Assembly (NCBI GenBank): GCA_964372465.1
Contig: CAYJRA010000002.1
Coordinates: forward strand, 16,024-80,023
Direction: 5' to 3'
DNA from: an uncultured archaeon
GTDB lineage: Archaea; Aenigmatarchaeota; Aenigmatarchaeia; CG10238-14
DNA length: 64,000 nt
Part shown: positions 46,119-55,653 of the stretch, piece after piece
Layout of the letters: every line of letters begins with the position of its first letter
Position numbering within the stretch: position 1 is the stretch's first letter
Made by a program: the position numbers and the translations under genes
Notes under the pieces: model-generated
Database searches by the model: none
Told to the model about the DNA's origin: nothing
Seen by the model: only the letters and a program-made list of their open reading frames with translations

Positions 46119-46202
46119 TGCCCCTGCCGGAATTCGAATCCGGATTAGAAGCTTTTCACCAACGACCGCAAGCTCCCGTCCTATCCATTAGACTACAGGG
46201 GC
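46119..46202 (-). tRNA. tRNA-Arg(GCG) with a 12-nt intron at the canonical 37/38 site
   Basis: GCCCCTG TA GTCT AATGGATA GGAC G GGAGC TTGCGG[TCGTTGGTGAAA]A GCTTC TAAT CCGGA TTCGAAT TCCGG CAGGGGC A. All four stems pair. UUGC/GUGA helix with flanking 3-nt bulges. No encoded CCA. Confidence 0.75.
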
Positions 46203-46346
46203 ATTAAATAATATTGGCTAAGAAAAAGTATATTCTTGCTTAATAACCACGGCGCAAAAATTGCATAATTATTTAGACAACTTAAAGGCTTATAAGCTTT
46301 TAATACAAAAACAACAAAATACTTGTGAGGATTTTAAGGTGATTTG

Positions 46347-46523
46347 TTGGAAAAAGAAAAGGAATGGATGAAGTGCACTACTTGCAAGACTAATCTTTTA
46401 GGCGACAAGAAATTCGTACAGTTTAAATGTCCTAGCTGCGGCAAAACAGATATTTTTAGATGTTCTAAATGCAAAAGGCTATCAAATATTTACAAATGTA
46501 TTTGTGGCTTCGAAGGTCCTTAG
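46347..46523 (+). CDS. Zn-ribbon protein of the type found upstream of aEF-1beta, not in ORF track
   Basis: ...WMKCTTCKTNLLGDKKFVQFKCPSCGKTDIFRCSKCKRLSNIYKCICGFEGP*. AGGTGA SD 4 nt before TTG 46347; ATG 46368 is an alternative start. Confidence 0.65.
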   Translation: MEKEKEWMKCTTCKTNLLGDKKFVQFKCPSCGKTDIFRCSKCKRLSNIYKCICGFEGP

Positions 46524-46531
46524 TTGGTCGT

Positions 46532-46795
46532 ATGGGCAAAGCAACAGTCATTGTTACGTACAGAGTGATGCCCGAAGGCGTGGAGACAGATTTGAATAAA
46601 ATACAAACTGAAATTACTAAAAAATTCCAGCCGCAGAAAATGGAGATAGTGCCCATAGCTTTTGGTTTGAATTTTATAAAAGTCATTAAAGTGATAGATG
46701 AAGAAGAGGGGTTGGCTGATAAAGTAGCGGATGAGATAGCAACAATAGAGGGCGTGAAGTCTGTGGAAGTAATCGGAATGAGCAGAGGATTATGA
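46532..46795 (+). CDS. ef1b: translation elongation factor aEF-1beta
   Basis: MGKATVIVTYRVMPEGVETDL...IAFGLNFIKVIKVIDEEEG...IEGVKSVEV. I start at ATG 46532 rather than the longer track ORF, which would overlap the Zn-ribbon gene. Confidence 0.85.
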   Translation: MGKATVIVTYRVMPEGVETDLNKIQTEITKKFQPQKMEIVPIAFGLNFIKVIKVIDEEEGLADKVADEIATIEGVKSVEVIGMSRGL

Positions 46796-46826
46796 TTTAT
46801 ATTTCCTTTATAATAATATTTAATTA

Positions 46827-47069
46827 ATGAATAAATCGAAAAACGGCAAATATCTCAACTCAAAGATAATATTTCTTTTATTCTTGGGTGCGTTTTCTGC
46901 CTTTCTCGCATCTGCGATAGCCGGTAATACTGAGATTAATTTCGGCACAACCAAATCTGGTTATGTAGTTGCATCGATTGTATCTTTTGCTCTATTTTTA
47001 ATATCAGGCGTGATCTGGGTTTCTGTGGCTGTGGCCATGAAGGAAGTTGATGAAAAGGGATCTCAGTAA
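46827..47069 (+). CDS. small membrane protein (2 TM)
   Basis: 80-aa ORF with two hydrophobic helices. Confidence 0.4.
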   Translation: MNKSKNGKYLNSKIIFLLFLGAFSAFLASAIAGNTEINFGTTKSGYVVASIVSFALFLISGVIWVSVAVAMKEVDEKGSQ

Positions 47070-47599
47070 GGAACAAACAGTTTGTGCCTGTCCACTTTTT
47101 TCAATTCATCTATTACCCTTCTCTTTATCATCTTTTTTGGATCTGGCAACATCTCAACTCTAGCCTTCAAATCTTCAAAGTTAGCAAATAGTTTTTCCTT
47201 TCTAGCCTTCAAAATACCCCACATATGCTTCTTCCCTATACCTTGAAGCAGTTCGAGGGTGTGCAAGCGAGTTGTGAGTGGACCGGCTTTATTGAAGAAA
47301 TCTATGAATCTTTCCTCATTCTCGTTTATTATCTTGTCAATAACGTCTTCCAATTCCTTTTTAGCAAAGCTTGTCAGGTCGTCATACTTTATTCTCCCTT
47401 TTATCAATTTGACTTTGTCCCATTTTCCTTCTCCGACATAGATTAGCTCGCCCGGTTTAGTTGTTACTTCCGGTTTTAATATGACTTCTAACAGATTCAA
47501 GAATTTGTTGCCAATGCCCAATACTACAGGATCAGCTTTTCTGCTGGAAGCCATGCCTGTTGCTAAAAAATCTAATACTATTATGTATTCATCTTTCAT
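47063..47599 (-). CDS. DUF655 protein (OB fold plus HhH, putative RNA binding)
   Basis: Conserved archaeal neighbour of rpoF/rpl21e. LELLQGIGKKHMWGILKAR is an HhH. Confidence 0.75.
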   Translation of the reverse strand: MKDEYIIVLDFLATGMASSRKADPVVLGIGNKFLNLLEVILKPEVTTKPGELIYVGEGKWDKVKLIKGRIKYDDLTSFAKKELEDVIDKIINENEERFIDFFNKAGPLTTRLHTLELLQGIGKKHMWGILKARKEKLFANFEDLKARVEMLPDPKKMIKRRVIDELKKVDRHKLFVPY

Positions 47600-47616
47600 A
47601 GAGAACGGCCCCGTGT

Positions 47617-47946
47617 TTATACAAACTTATTTACTTTTTCAAGAATAAGTGTTTTTTCTTCTTCAGTCAGATTTTTGTAATCTTTATCTAAAACAACTCT
47701 CAATTCGTCCTTGTCTTTTGGAAGCATGTTGATAATGCTTATTATCTGCCTTTCTGTCAGTTTATTGATCTCTTTTAACTTTTCTGTTAATTCTGAGGCA
47801 TTTTTTTCGCTGATTTTTGTATATTTCTTAAGGTGATCCAGGGCATTTTTTTGCTCGTAGCCCAGTTCTATCTCTTTACCCCTTTCTTTCAGTATCTCAA
47901 AAGCTTCCGTATTGGTTATGAGTTTTTCCTTCAGTATTTCTTCCAT
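47617..47946 (-). CDS. rpoF: RNA polymerase subunit Rpo4 (RpoF)
   Basis: 109 aa. Position directly after rpl21e (ATGA-type junction). Helical acidic/Lys-rich pattern typical of Rpo4. Confidence 0.7.
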   Translation of the reverse strand: MEEILKEKLITNTEAFEILKERGKEIELGYEQKNALDHLKKYTKISEKNASELTEKLKEINKLTERQIISIINMLPKDKDELRVVLDKDYKNLTEEEKTLILEKVNKFV

Positions 47947-48230
47947 TAAATCAACCTGATGTGCTCGGGTCTTGAGATAACCTGCTTCTCCTTATGGCCA
48001 TCCATTACTTTAATAATATATGATTGCCCTCTCTTATTTGCTATGACCCCTATTTTACCAGCAAATCTCTTAAAAGGCATTCCTTTGTGGCTAGTGGGTG
48101 AAGGCTGTATGAGGACTCTGTTGCCTATCTCAAACTCCTGCAAATACTTGTTTACAGTCAGCCTTTCCCTATTCCTTCTCTTTAAAAGCCTTCTAGTCTT
48201 CCTTCTGGGACCTTTGGATTTTATGGGCAT
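47946..48230 (-). CDS. rpl21e: 50S ribosomal protein eL21
   Basis: MPIKSKGPRRKTRRLL...FEIGNRVLIQPSPTSHKGMPFKRFAGKIGVI is typical eL21. Confidence 0.9.
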   Translation of the reverse strand: MPIKSKGPRRKTRRLLKRRNRERLTVNKYLQEFEIGNRVLIQPSPTSHKGMPFKRFAGKIGVIANKRGQSYIIKVMDGHKEKQVISRPEHIRLI

Positions 48231-48303
48231 TTTTGATCACTTTATTCTATAAACTTCTATATTTAAGATTTTTAACCTTTTACAACATCAAGTTAATGGT
48301 ATT

Positions 48304-48534
48304 TTAAGGAGAAGAAATGACTCTAGCGGCATATTTTGCGTTTCCAAAATTGTTATTTATTGTCATCAAAACAGTTTGTACGCCATCTGAATCTATTTGA
48401 AAATAGAAATCTGGATCTGTACCTTGTTTTAAGTCTATATTATATCCCGCATCACGTAATATAGATAAAATTTCTGCTTGGTTTTGTGAGCCATTTCTAG
48501 CAGATTTTCCCAGATAAATACCTATTATAGCCAT
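48304..48534 (-). CDS. hypothetical protein
   Basis: 76-aa ORF. No family recognised. Confidence 0.4.
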   Translation of the reverse strand: MAIIGIYLGKSARNGSQNQAEILSILRDAGYNIDLKQGTDPDFYFQIDSDGVQTVLMTINNNFGNAKYAARVISSP

Positions 48535-48575
48535 ATTTAATAGAAGAAAAATTAAAAGATTTAATCCTTTGTTAG

Positions 48576-49793
48576 TTATTTTTCATGTATCTTTATTACA
48601 TCCAGTTCAATTTTCTTGACTTTGTTGTTTAACAAATTAGCAACATTTGGTGATGTCCTACCGTCATCTCCAGTTATCAATTCTTTGATATAAAGGCCGG
48701 ATTGAGAAGTGATTTTTAATTCAATTTTCTTATCGGTCAATTTTCTGAATTTTATATCTTTTACAAGTCTTCTTCTCAGTTTATCAGATCTTCTTTTGAT
48801 TACTCTTATGGGAGTGCTTTGTGATATCACTGTATTTTTCAATTCTGACAGTTTTTTAATATTTCTCACGCTTTTCTCGAAAGTTACAGTTGCTCTGTAT
48901 GTCTTATCATGCTTCACTGTTTTGATGTTTCTGACTACGTCTTTGCTTGTGTATTTCAATCCACTAACTTTGACCTTGTTTGACTTGTTAATCTCCTTTT
49001 CCATTTTCTTCAAATCAAGATTCCTTTTTATCGGGTTCAGTAATTCTATCACAAACGGTCTCCATCCCAGACAGCGAACATCTATATCCTCTCTGCCTTC
49101 ACCATGAAAACTCGTATCATCGGCGTTAGAATACTTCAGCAAAGGCTTAGCTGCAATCTCTTGAATAGATGTTTTGTAAATTTTCTTCTTCCATTTAGTC
49201 TGAGGTATACCACGAACCGATTTTCGATATTTTCCAAAAATATACAATGATCTTATCTGCAATCGAACTGAATTCTTATTGAAATCATAAAATATTGTGA
49301 TATCCGGGTTTTTCCTGTCCATCTCTTTTTTCATCATTATGCAGATTTCTTTCCCCAACTCTCTGTTTATCTCCGTTCTAATCGATTCTACCCATTCCAC
49401 TCCAATCTTATTCCATAATTCTTGCTCCTTTTCTATCACATTTAGTGGTGGGTTAGTTCCAACTAAGAGTGTTTTGAATTCAAATTTCTGCAACTGCTTA
49501 ATAATGAGATTTACTTTTTTTTTAAGGTTCTTGAATAGATCTCCGCAGAGCGAGCATTTTTTCGGTTCCTTGCCCTTTACTTTGACATTTCTGAATCTGA
49601 TCCCAAAAAAGTTAGATTCATCCATACCCAGCTTCTCCCCGGAATCCATTAGAAAAGCTAAATATTTCCTTATCGTTTCTCCTCTCTGTTCATTAGTTAA
49701 TCCCGTGAGCAATGCGCCAAATCCCCTTCCTAAGCAATTATCACATACAAATTTGTCCTTCATTATTGTTATTGCCTTTTCTTTTACGTCCAT
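48576..49793 (-). CDS. pus10: tRNA pseudouridine(54/55) synthase Pus10
   Basis: N-terminal Zn motif CDNCLGRGFG ... CSLCGDLF, THUMP-like middle region, catalytic-domain GREDIDVRCLG. Confidence 0.85.
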   Translation of the reverse strand: MDVKEKAITIMKDKFVCDNCLGRGFGALLTGLTNEQRGETIRKYLAFLMDSGEKLGMDESNFFGIRFRNVKVKGKEPKKCSLCGDLFKNLKKKVNLIIKQLQKFEFKTLLVGTNPPLNVIEKEQELWNKIGVEWVESIRTEINRELGKEICIMMKKEMDRKNPDITIFYDFNKNSVRLQIRSLYIFGKYRKSVRGIPQTKWKKKIYKTSIQEIAAKPLLKYSNADDTSFHGEGREDIDVRCLGWRPFVIELLNPIKRNLDLKKMEKEINKSNKVKVSGLKYTSKDVVRNIKTVKHDKTYRATVTFEKSVRNIKKLSELKNTVISQSTPIRVIKRRSDKLRRRLVKDIKFRKLTDKKIELKITSQSGLYIKELITGDDGRTSPNVANLLNNKVKKIELDVIKIHEK

Positions 49794-50381
49794 TTAATTT
49801 CCTCTTCTATCTAATTCATTATTTATTACAGCTATAACAGTTGAAGATAAATATGTTTGGGGGCCTATTGATATTTTTTCGATTTTAAGTTTATCAAGAA
49901 ACACTTCCGTTTGCTCGCCAATTCCAAGATGATCTCCCAAAATGAAACAGGCATTTTTGATGAACTTGCATTTTCCTATATCCGTGCCGCTGGGATGAAG
50001 GTACATTAATTTGCATTCTCTGTTTTTTTCTTCCACCAATTCTTCAAAACCCTTTCTCATAATAGTCACTCCTGGTTCTGATTCCACAGTTTCTCTGAGT
50101 TCGTTGAATTTGTTGATTGCTATTTTTATGTGCGATGCAATATTTCTCTCGTCTGGTGAGAACCTTCTAATTCTATTAGAATTGAACTCTATCGTCAAAG
50201 GAGGATTAGGCGTACCTTCTAATACTGTATATAGTTTGACATCCTTTCTTATCCCATCTGAGATCCAGAACGCCGAATTTATGCATCTGCAAACGACATC
50301 CATCCTTCCCGCTCCAGGAAGATCGTTTAAAGAAAAATCTGCCGTAGTTGCTAATGATGCTTTCAAAATGAATTCTCTCAT
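49794..50381 (-). CDS. trmY: tRNA (pseudouridine54-N1)-methyltransferase TrmY (SPOUT)
   Basis: MREFILKASLA...DLPGAGRMDVVCRCINSAF is typical of TrmY/DUF358. Immediately upstream of pus10. Confidence 0.8.
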   Translation of the reverse strand: MREFILKASLATTADFSLNDLPGAGRMDVVCRCINSAFWISDGIRKDVKLYTVLEGTPNPPLTIEFNSNRIRRFSPDERNIASHIKIAINKFNELRETVESEPGVTIMRKGFEELVEEKNRECKLMYLHPSGTDIGKCKFIKNACFILGDHLGIGEQTEVFLDKLKIEKISIGPQTYLSSTVIAVINNELDRRGN

Positions 50382-51760
50382 TTCTTACCTCTATTCATTT
50401 TACCTCTGGAAAACGATGCAAATATACCAACAAAGCAAAACACCGCGAAAATTAAAAATATCACTTTCAAACTTTTCATGAAGAGTGGATAGTATTCGGC
50501 TGTTATTTGAATTCTGCCTATGTATGTAGCAAAAACCATCGTAACGATACCCATGCTTAGCATTTGTCCCACAAGCCTCATCGTGCTTAATGTAGCTGAA
50601 GAAACCCCGTAAAATTTCTTTCTAACCGAACTCATGACAGCATTGACATTCGGCGATGAGAACAAAGCGAATCCAAAACCGAAAAGCATCAAATTACCTA
50701 TTATAAATTCCAAAGGAGTATTTTCATTTATAAAAACGAAAAAGAATAGGCCTAATGTTATGAGAGCCATTCCGGATGAGGCTATTATTCTTGGTTCAAT
50801 CTTATCCGATAGTTTGCCTGCGAATGGCGAAAAGACAGCTTGCATAATGGGTTGGGATACTAGAACTAATCCAGTATTTTGTGGGCTAAAACCCTTTATG
50901 TATTGAAGATAAAGGCTCAGAAGAAAACCAATTGCATAAGTCGCGCTGTAATTGATCAATGCTGCTAAATTTGAATATGCAAACACTTTATTTTTCCTGA
51001 ACAAATTTATGTCTATGAGCGGATGATTTGTTTTCGTTTGCCATTTGATAAACATGAAAGCAAAAACAATACCGATTAAGATTAATAATATCCCGTTGAA
51101 TTTTGGAATGAATGAAAGGCCTAACATTATGAAAATCAATGTTGAGCCATAAACAGTTGATCCAATAAAATCAAATTTTTCTCCTTTCGCGCCAGCCCAT
51201 TCACCCTTCAGTTTTGAAAAAACAACATATAGTATTGATGATCCCAGTAATACGATTGAGATAAAAATGCTTCTCCATCCGAGGTATTGTGTCAAGAATC
51301 CTCCGAAAAAAGGTCCCAAGGATGATCCCAAATAAACAGCAGTTGAGTTGATACCTAATGCCTTTCCTCTTTCTCCACGAGGAAATACCGAAGTTATTAT
51401 TGATACGCCGGTCCCGAAAATCATCGCACTGCCCATACCCTGTAAAACTCGTAATAATATCAGCATTAATGCAGAATTTGAAATCGATAATAGAACAGCA
51501 GCGATGATATGCACGATCACGCCAAATGTGAAAATTCTCTTTCTACCATGTATGTCTGCTAATCTACCAAAAGGAATGAGAAACACGGCAGCTGCTAAAA
51601 CATATGAGGTAACAGTCCAGCTCAATAAAATGGCATCGATCCCGAATTCCTTTCCTATTGACGGGAGTGCTACATTTATTGATGATCCTACAAACGGTGT
51701 AAGGAAAGAGCTTAATGTGGCTATAATCAAAATTAATTTCTTGTTATTAGAATTCTTCAT
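50378..51760 (-). CDS. MFS transporter (DHA2/EmrB-like, 14 TM)
   Basis: GRLADIHGRKRIF (motif A), 460 aa, many TM helices. Confidence 0.9.
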   Translation of the reverse strand: MKNSNNKKLILIIATLSSFLTPFVGSSINVALPSIGKEFGIDAILLSWTVTSYVLAAAVFLIPFGRLADIHGRKRIFTFGVIVHIIAAVLLSISNSALMLILLRVLQGMGSAMIFGTGVSIITSVFPRGERGKALGINSTAVYLGSSLGPFFGGFLTQYLGWRSIFISIVLLGSSILYVVFSKLKGEWAGAKGEKFDFIGSTVYGSTLIFIMLGLSFIPKFNGILLILIGIVFAFMFIKWQTKTNHPLIDINLFRKNKVFAYSNLAALINYSATYAIGFLLSLYLQYIKGFSPQNTGLVLVSQPIMQAVFSPFAGKLSDKIEPRIIASSGMALITLGLFFFVFINENTPLEFIIGNLMLFGFGFALFSSPNVNAVMSSVRKKFYGVSSATLSTMRLVGQMLSMGIVTMVFATYIGRIQITAEYYPLFMKSLKVIFLIFAVFCFVGIFASFSRGKMNRGKK

Positions 51761-51813
51761 ATTCTTACTATTTTGGTTGTAATGTTTTTAACCTTTAAAA
51801 TTAGATTTGAGGA

Positions 51814-53133
51814 TTAAAACTTCAGTCCAAACTTCTTTGCCAATTTAGCTAGTTGCCCTCTTTTTAATCCACCAGTTCCTCCTATTTTCTTAATTAATTT
51901 TTTAGACTGTTCAAATTGCTTTATCAAATCTCTCACATCCTTTTCAGAAGTGCCAGAACCCTTAGCAATTCTTTTGATTCTGGAAGAATGGATTATTTCA
52001 GGATTATCCTTCTCCTCATTCGTCATGGAATCTATGATGTACTTGAACTTCTTCATTTTCTCTTCTTGTAACTGCATCAAATTCTCTGGAACATTGTGAC
52101 CCAAACCTGGTATCATTTCCATAACGCCAGATAAAGGTCCCATCTTTTCCATACCAACAAGTTGATCATAAAAATCTTTCAGAGTGAATTTTCCTGACAA
52201 GAATTTTTCAGCATCCTCTTCTTTGAATTCAGCATCCTTTACCTTTTCCATTAATGCTTCCAGATCACCCATTCCAAGCAATCTTGAAACAAACCTGACA
52301 GGATCATAAGGCTCTAAGTTTTCTATCTTTTCTCCAGTCCCGATGAATTTCACTTTTGCTTGAGTAACAGAGCAAGACGACAAAGCCCCACCGCCTTTTG
52401 CTGTACCGTCTGTTTTTGTGACGATTACGCCAGTCACACCAACTAATTTATGAAATTCCTCGGCTTGCTTCCCGACAGTTCTTCCCAGATCAGCAGGAAT
52501 TACAAGCAGCGTTTCATTCGGCTGGAATATTTTATGCAAATCTTTTAATTCCTTCGCTAGTTCATCATCCAGTGCATTTCTCCCCGCAGTATCTACAATT
52601 ACCACATCATATTTTTCAAACTTATGCAGACCTTCTTTTATTGCATCGTAAGGATTCTTTTCATCGTTTATATGGACTGGGATATGAAGTTTATCACCCA
52701 ATTGCTGCAATTGCTGGGGCGCGGCAGGTCTGTGATAGTCGCATGCAATCATACCAGGTTTCAATCCCTGTTTCTGGAAATATTTTGCAAGCTTAGCTGT
52801 AGTTGTTGTTTTACCGGAACCGAAAAGACCGACCATCATTATTCTTTTTTTGCCGATCAGTTCAGCTTTCTCTTTGCCTAGGAGATTAGTTATTTCTTCA
52901 TAAACTACCTTCATCACATGCTCTCTAAGTGTAAAACCAGCTGGCATCTTTTCCTGAATGCATCTTTTCCTTATGTTGTTCGATAGTTCATAAACTAGCT
53001 TTACGTCTACATCAGCTTGAAGAAGTATTCGTTGCAAACCTTTTATTATCTCTTCTACAGATTCTCTATCAATGTTTGATTTAGTCAAAACATTTCTAAT
53101 TAGATCGGTTATACTTTTACCAAAGTTCAGCAT
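51814..53133 (-). CDS. srp54: signal recognition particle protein SRP54
   Basis: GLFGSGKTTT, DTAGR and TKTDG GTPase motifs. Met-rich M domain. Confidence 0.95.
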   Translation of the reverse strand: MLNFGKSITDLIRNVLTKSNIDRESVEEIIKGLQRILLQADVDVKLVYELSNNIRKRCIQEKMPAGFTLREHVMKVVYEEITNLLGKEKAELIGKKRIMMVGLFGSGKTTTTAKLAKYFQKQGLKPGMIACDYHRPAAPQQLQQLGDKLHIPVHINDEKNPYDAIKEGLHKFEKYDVVIVDTAGRNALDDELAKELKDLHKIFQPNETLLVIPADLGRTVGKQAEEFHKLVGVTGVIVTKTDGTAKGGGALSSCSVTQAKVKFIGTGEKIENLEPYDPVRFVSRLLGMGDLEALMEKVKDAEFKEEDAEKFLSGKFTLKDFYDQLVGMEKMGPLSGVMEMIPGLGHNVPENLMQLQEEKMKKFKYIIDSMTNEEKDNPEIIHSSRIKRIAKGSGTSEKDVRDLIKQFEQSKKLIKKIGGTGGLKRGQLAKLAKKFGLKF

Positions 53134-53195
53134 GTTCTCTTTAGATAAATATTAAGTGGTTTTTTTAAGGTTATAGATTTTTTATTTCTGATATA

Positions 53196-54206
53196 TTATA
53201 ACAATTTTTCAACTATCTTTTTAGGATCGTATTTCTCAAAGTTTTTATATTCCTGCCCAACACCCAGAAATAGAATAGGTTTCTTCAATACATATGCAGC
53301 TGAGAGGATACTGCCTCCCTTCTCAACGACATCCGCTTTAGTCAATATCAATGCGTCGACACCCACTGCTTTGTCATACATTTCGCATTGGTTGATGATA
53401 TCATTGCCAGTTAGGCTATCTAACACGAGAATTTTTAAGTCAGCCTTGTTCACTCTGCACACTTTTTCCAGCTGGTCCATCAAATTTTTGTTCGTGTGAG
53501 TTCTTCCAGCAGTATCCGCCAATACTACATTAACATTCTGAGACTCTGCGTGTTTGACTGCATCAAATATAACTGCAGCCGGATCAGCGCCATATTGATG
53601 CCTTATCACCTTCACTTTCAATTTGTTTGCATGTTCTTCCAACTGTTCTATTGAAGCTGCACGGAACGAATCTCCCGCAGCAAATACAACTGAATACTTT
53701 CTATCCATAAGCCATTTTGCGAATTTTGCTAGGCTCGTCGTCTTTCCGCTACCATTGAATCCTAGAAAAATAAACAATACCGGTTTATTCTCTTTCTTTT
53801 TTTTCTCTATGATATCTTCTAGATCTATTTCAGGAGTCGTTAAAACTTCTAGTAAGCTATTTTTGAAACTGTTTTCTACCACTTCCTTTACATGCATTCT
53901 TTTAACATCTTTTCCTACCAAGTTTCTTTTTAAGTCATCTTTGAATTTGTCAATTACATCAACTGCCACATCTGCTTCCAGCAAATCCAATTCAACTTGA
54001 TTGAAAATGTTGATTACATCATCTTCTGTTATCTGCCTTTCAGTCACTGTTTTGAAAATTCTTTCTGCAACTTCTTTTACCGTGGATTTTTTATCTTTAG
54101 GTTGTTTTTCCTTCCTCTCTTTCTTTGGCTTAGGCTCTTCTTTAACAACTTTTTTGGTTACAGTAGAAATAATATTACTAATCTTCTTCTTTAAGAAGTC
54201 AAACAT
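53196..54206 (-). CDS. ftsY: SRP receptor FtsY
   Basis: GFNGSGKTTS, DTAGR and TKADV motifs. Lys/Glu-rich N-terminal A region. Confidence 0.95.
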   Translation of the reverse strand: MFDFLKKKISNIISTVTKKVVKEEPKPKKERKEKQPKDKKSTVKEVAERIFKTVTERQITEDDVINIFNQVELDLLEADVAVDVIDKFKDDLKRNLVGKDVKRMHVKEVVENSFKNSLLEVLTTPEIDLEDIIEKKKKENKPVLFIFLGFNGSGKTTSLAKFAKWLMDRKYSVVFAAGDSFRAASIEQLEEHANKLKVKVIRHQYGADPAAVIFDAVKHAESQNVNVVLADTAGRTHTNKNLMDQLEKVCRVNKADLKILVLDSLTGNDIINQCEMYDKAVGVDALILTKADVVEKGGSILSAAYVLKKPILFLGVGQEYKNFEKYDPKKIVEKLL

Positions 54207-54208
54207 AT

Positions 54209-54616
54209 CTATCTCTTCTCGATTATAGACCTTATTTCAGGTTCCATCCTAGTCAATTCTTCTTTGTATTTTAATATCTCATCCTCAAAAACTTGGATAG
54301 TAGCGGCAGTCTCATTTTTGTATTCATCAACAGTTTTTCTGGCATCATTCAATGTCGTGTCAATAGCCGCATCTTCGCCTATCGTCATGACTATTTTATT
54401 ATCGCCAGATAATCTACCGGATATATAAACACCCGATCCCAAAGGTAGCAAGATTTCCTTTTCTTTGGATGTATCTATGTTTTCCAACGCCTCTAGAGTT
54501 GACTCAATTTCAATTAGTCTATTTATCAACAGCTCTCTCCTGCTAGTCAACATCTCCATTCTGTTTTGCAGCTGCTGATATCTCAATACTCTTTGCTGTG
54601 CTTCTTTCTGATCCAT
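54209..54616 (-). CDS. pfdA: prefoldin alpha subunit
   Basis: 135 aa, coiled coil / beta hairpins (LLPLGSGVYISG) / coiled coil. Upstream of ftsY, as in many archaea. Confidence 0.8.
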   Translation of the reverse strand: MDQKEAQQRVLRYQQLQNRMEMLTSRRELLINRLIEIESTLEALENIDTSKEKEILLPLGSGVYISGRLSGDNKIVMTIGEDAAIDTTLNDARKTVDEYKNETAATIQVFEDEILKYKEELTRMEPEIRSIIEKR

Positions 54617-54663
54617 GACAATCTATACTCACTGAATATTAAAATACTTTGTTAAAGGCAAAA

Positions 54664-54769
54664 TGGGTCCAACCAGAATTGAACTGGTCTCTCGGCCTTT
54701 CTTAGTGATTCATACCAAATGTAAGGGCCGCGTCCTATTCCCGATTTTTTACCGATAGACTATGGACCC
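54664..54769 (-). tRNA. tRNA-Val(UAC) with a 21-nt canonical intron and an about 11-nt D-loop insertion
   Basis: GGGTCCA TA GTCT ATCGGTAAAAAATCGGGAATA GGAC G CGGCC CTTACA[TTTGGTATGAATCACTAAGAA]A GGCCG AGAG ACCAG TTCAATT CTGGT TGGACCC A. CUUA/UAAG central helix with 3-nt bulges fits a BHB. The D-loop is 21 nt. Confidence 0.75.
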
Positions 54770-54833
54770 GATAACAAATACTAGTCAGGTATAGGTTTAA
54801 AAGTTTAATTTCTTTTCTAATATTAGTGGTTTA

Positions 54834-55085
54834 ATGTTTAAGATGAAAAACAAGGAAGAGACCTTTAATTTTAACCCAGAAAAATTCAGAATCAGCGTTC
54901 AAGCCAAATCAGACAACATGGAAAAGTTTGAAGAAATGATGAAACAGATAGATACAGTCTCTAAATACCTTTCCCATCTTTCGAAGAAAGTTGACGATAT
55001 TCTTGTTTTGACCAAACTTCAAGATGAAAAAATAAAGGATTTGGAGAGTAGAATAGAGGCTTTGACAGCTAGAGAGTTGGAGTGA
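54834..55085 (+). CDS. hypothetical coiled-coil protein
   Basis: 83-aa ORF with heptad-like charged sequence. Confidence 0.4.
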   Translation: MFKMKNKEETFNFNPEKFRISVQAKSDNMEKFEEMMKQIDTVSKYLSHLSKKVDDILVLTKLQDEKIKDLESRIEALTARELE

Positions 55086-55086
55086 T

Positions 55087-55617
55087 TCAATATTTTTTTA
55101 ATTCAGAAATGTCGTCAGGCAGATGATCAATTCCACTGAATTCCTTTACAACAATGGATTTTATTTTCTTTTTTAATTCCGGTTTCAGACTGGGATATGT
55201 CATCTCGTGTTTACCAATAGAATCACAATCGTCTTCAATTATAATATCTGGTAAAGGTTTAATTCTTTCAACGACATCTTTATAATTTTCGCCCGACCCA
55301 CGATGATATACTGTACCTCTAGGAAATTTATTTCTATCAAGAACAGATATTTCCGCCTTTATTCCTTCTTTAAATAAAATCCTTTCGTCTTCTCTTGCAC
55401 TTTTGGATTTCGTGAGTGCACTTAGATAACATATTTTTGCTCCTTGTTTTTCCCAATTTTGTAACTTTTTAACCACATTACCCACAGGAACATGAGATGC
55501 GTAATCTTTAACAGATTCATTCTTTTCGATAACTTGTTTTATTATTTCCTCTCTAGTATGACCAATTGCATCTTTATGCATGATTGTTGTTCCTTGAAGG
55601 AAGACAAGTATTTTCAT
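55087..55617 (-). CDS. hypothetical protein
   Basis: I start at MKILVFLQGTT (ATG 55617). The 30 extra codons of the track ORF run into the tRNA-iMet gene. Confidence 0.5.
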   Translation of the reverse strand: MKILVFLQGTTIMHKDAIGHTREEIIKQVIEKNESVKDYASHVPVGNVVKKLQNWEKQGAKICYLSALTKSKSAREDERILFKEGIKAEISVLDRNKFPRGTVYHRGSGENYKDVVERIKPLPDIIIEDDCDSIGKHEMTYPSLKPELKKKIKSIVVKEFSGIDHLPDDISELKKY

Positions 55618-55653
55618 AATAATACCATTAGCCGCATATTTTGAGTTGAAAAA

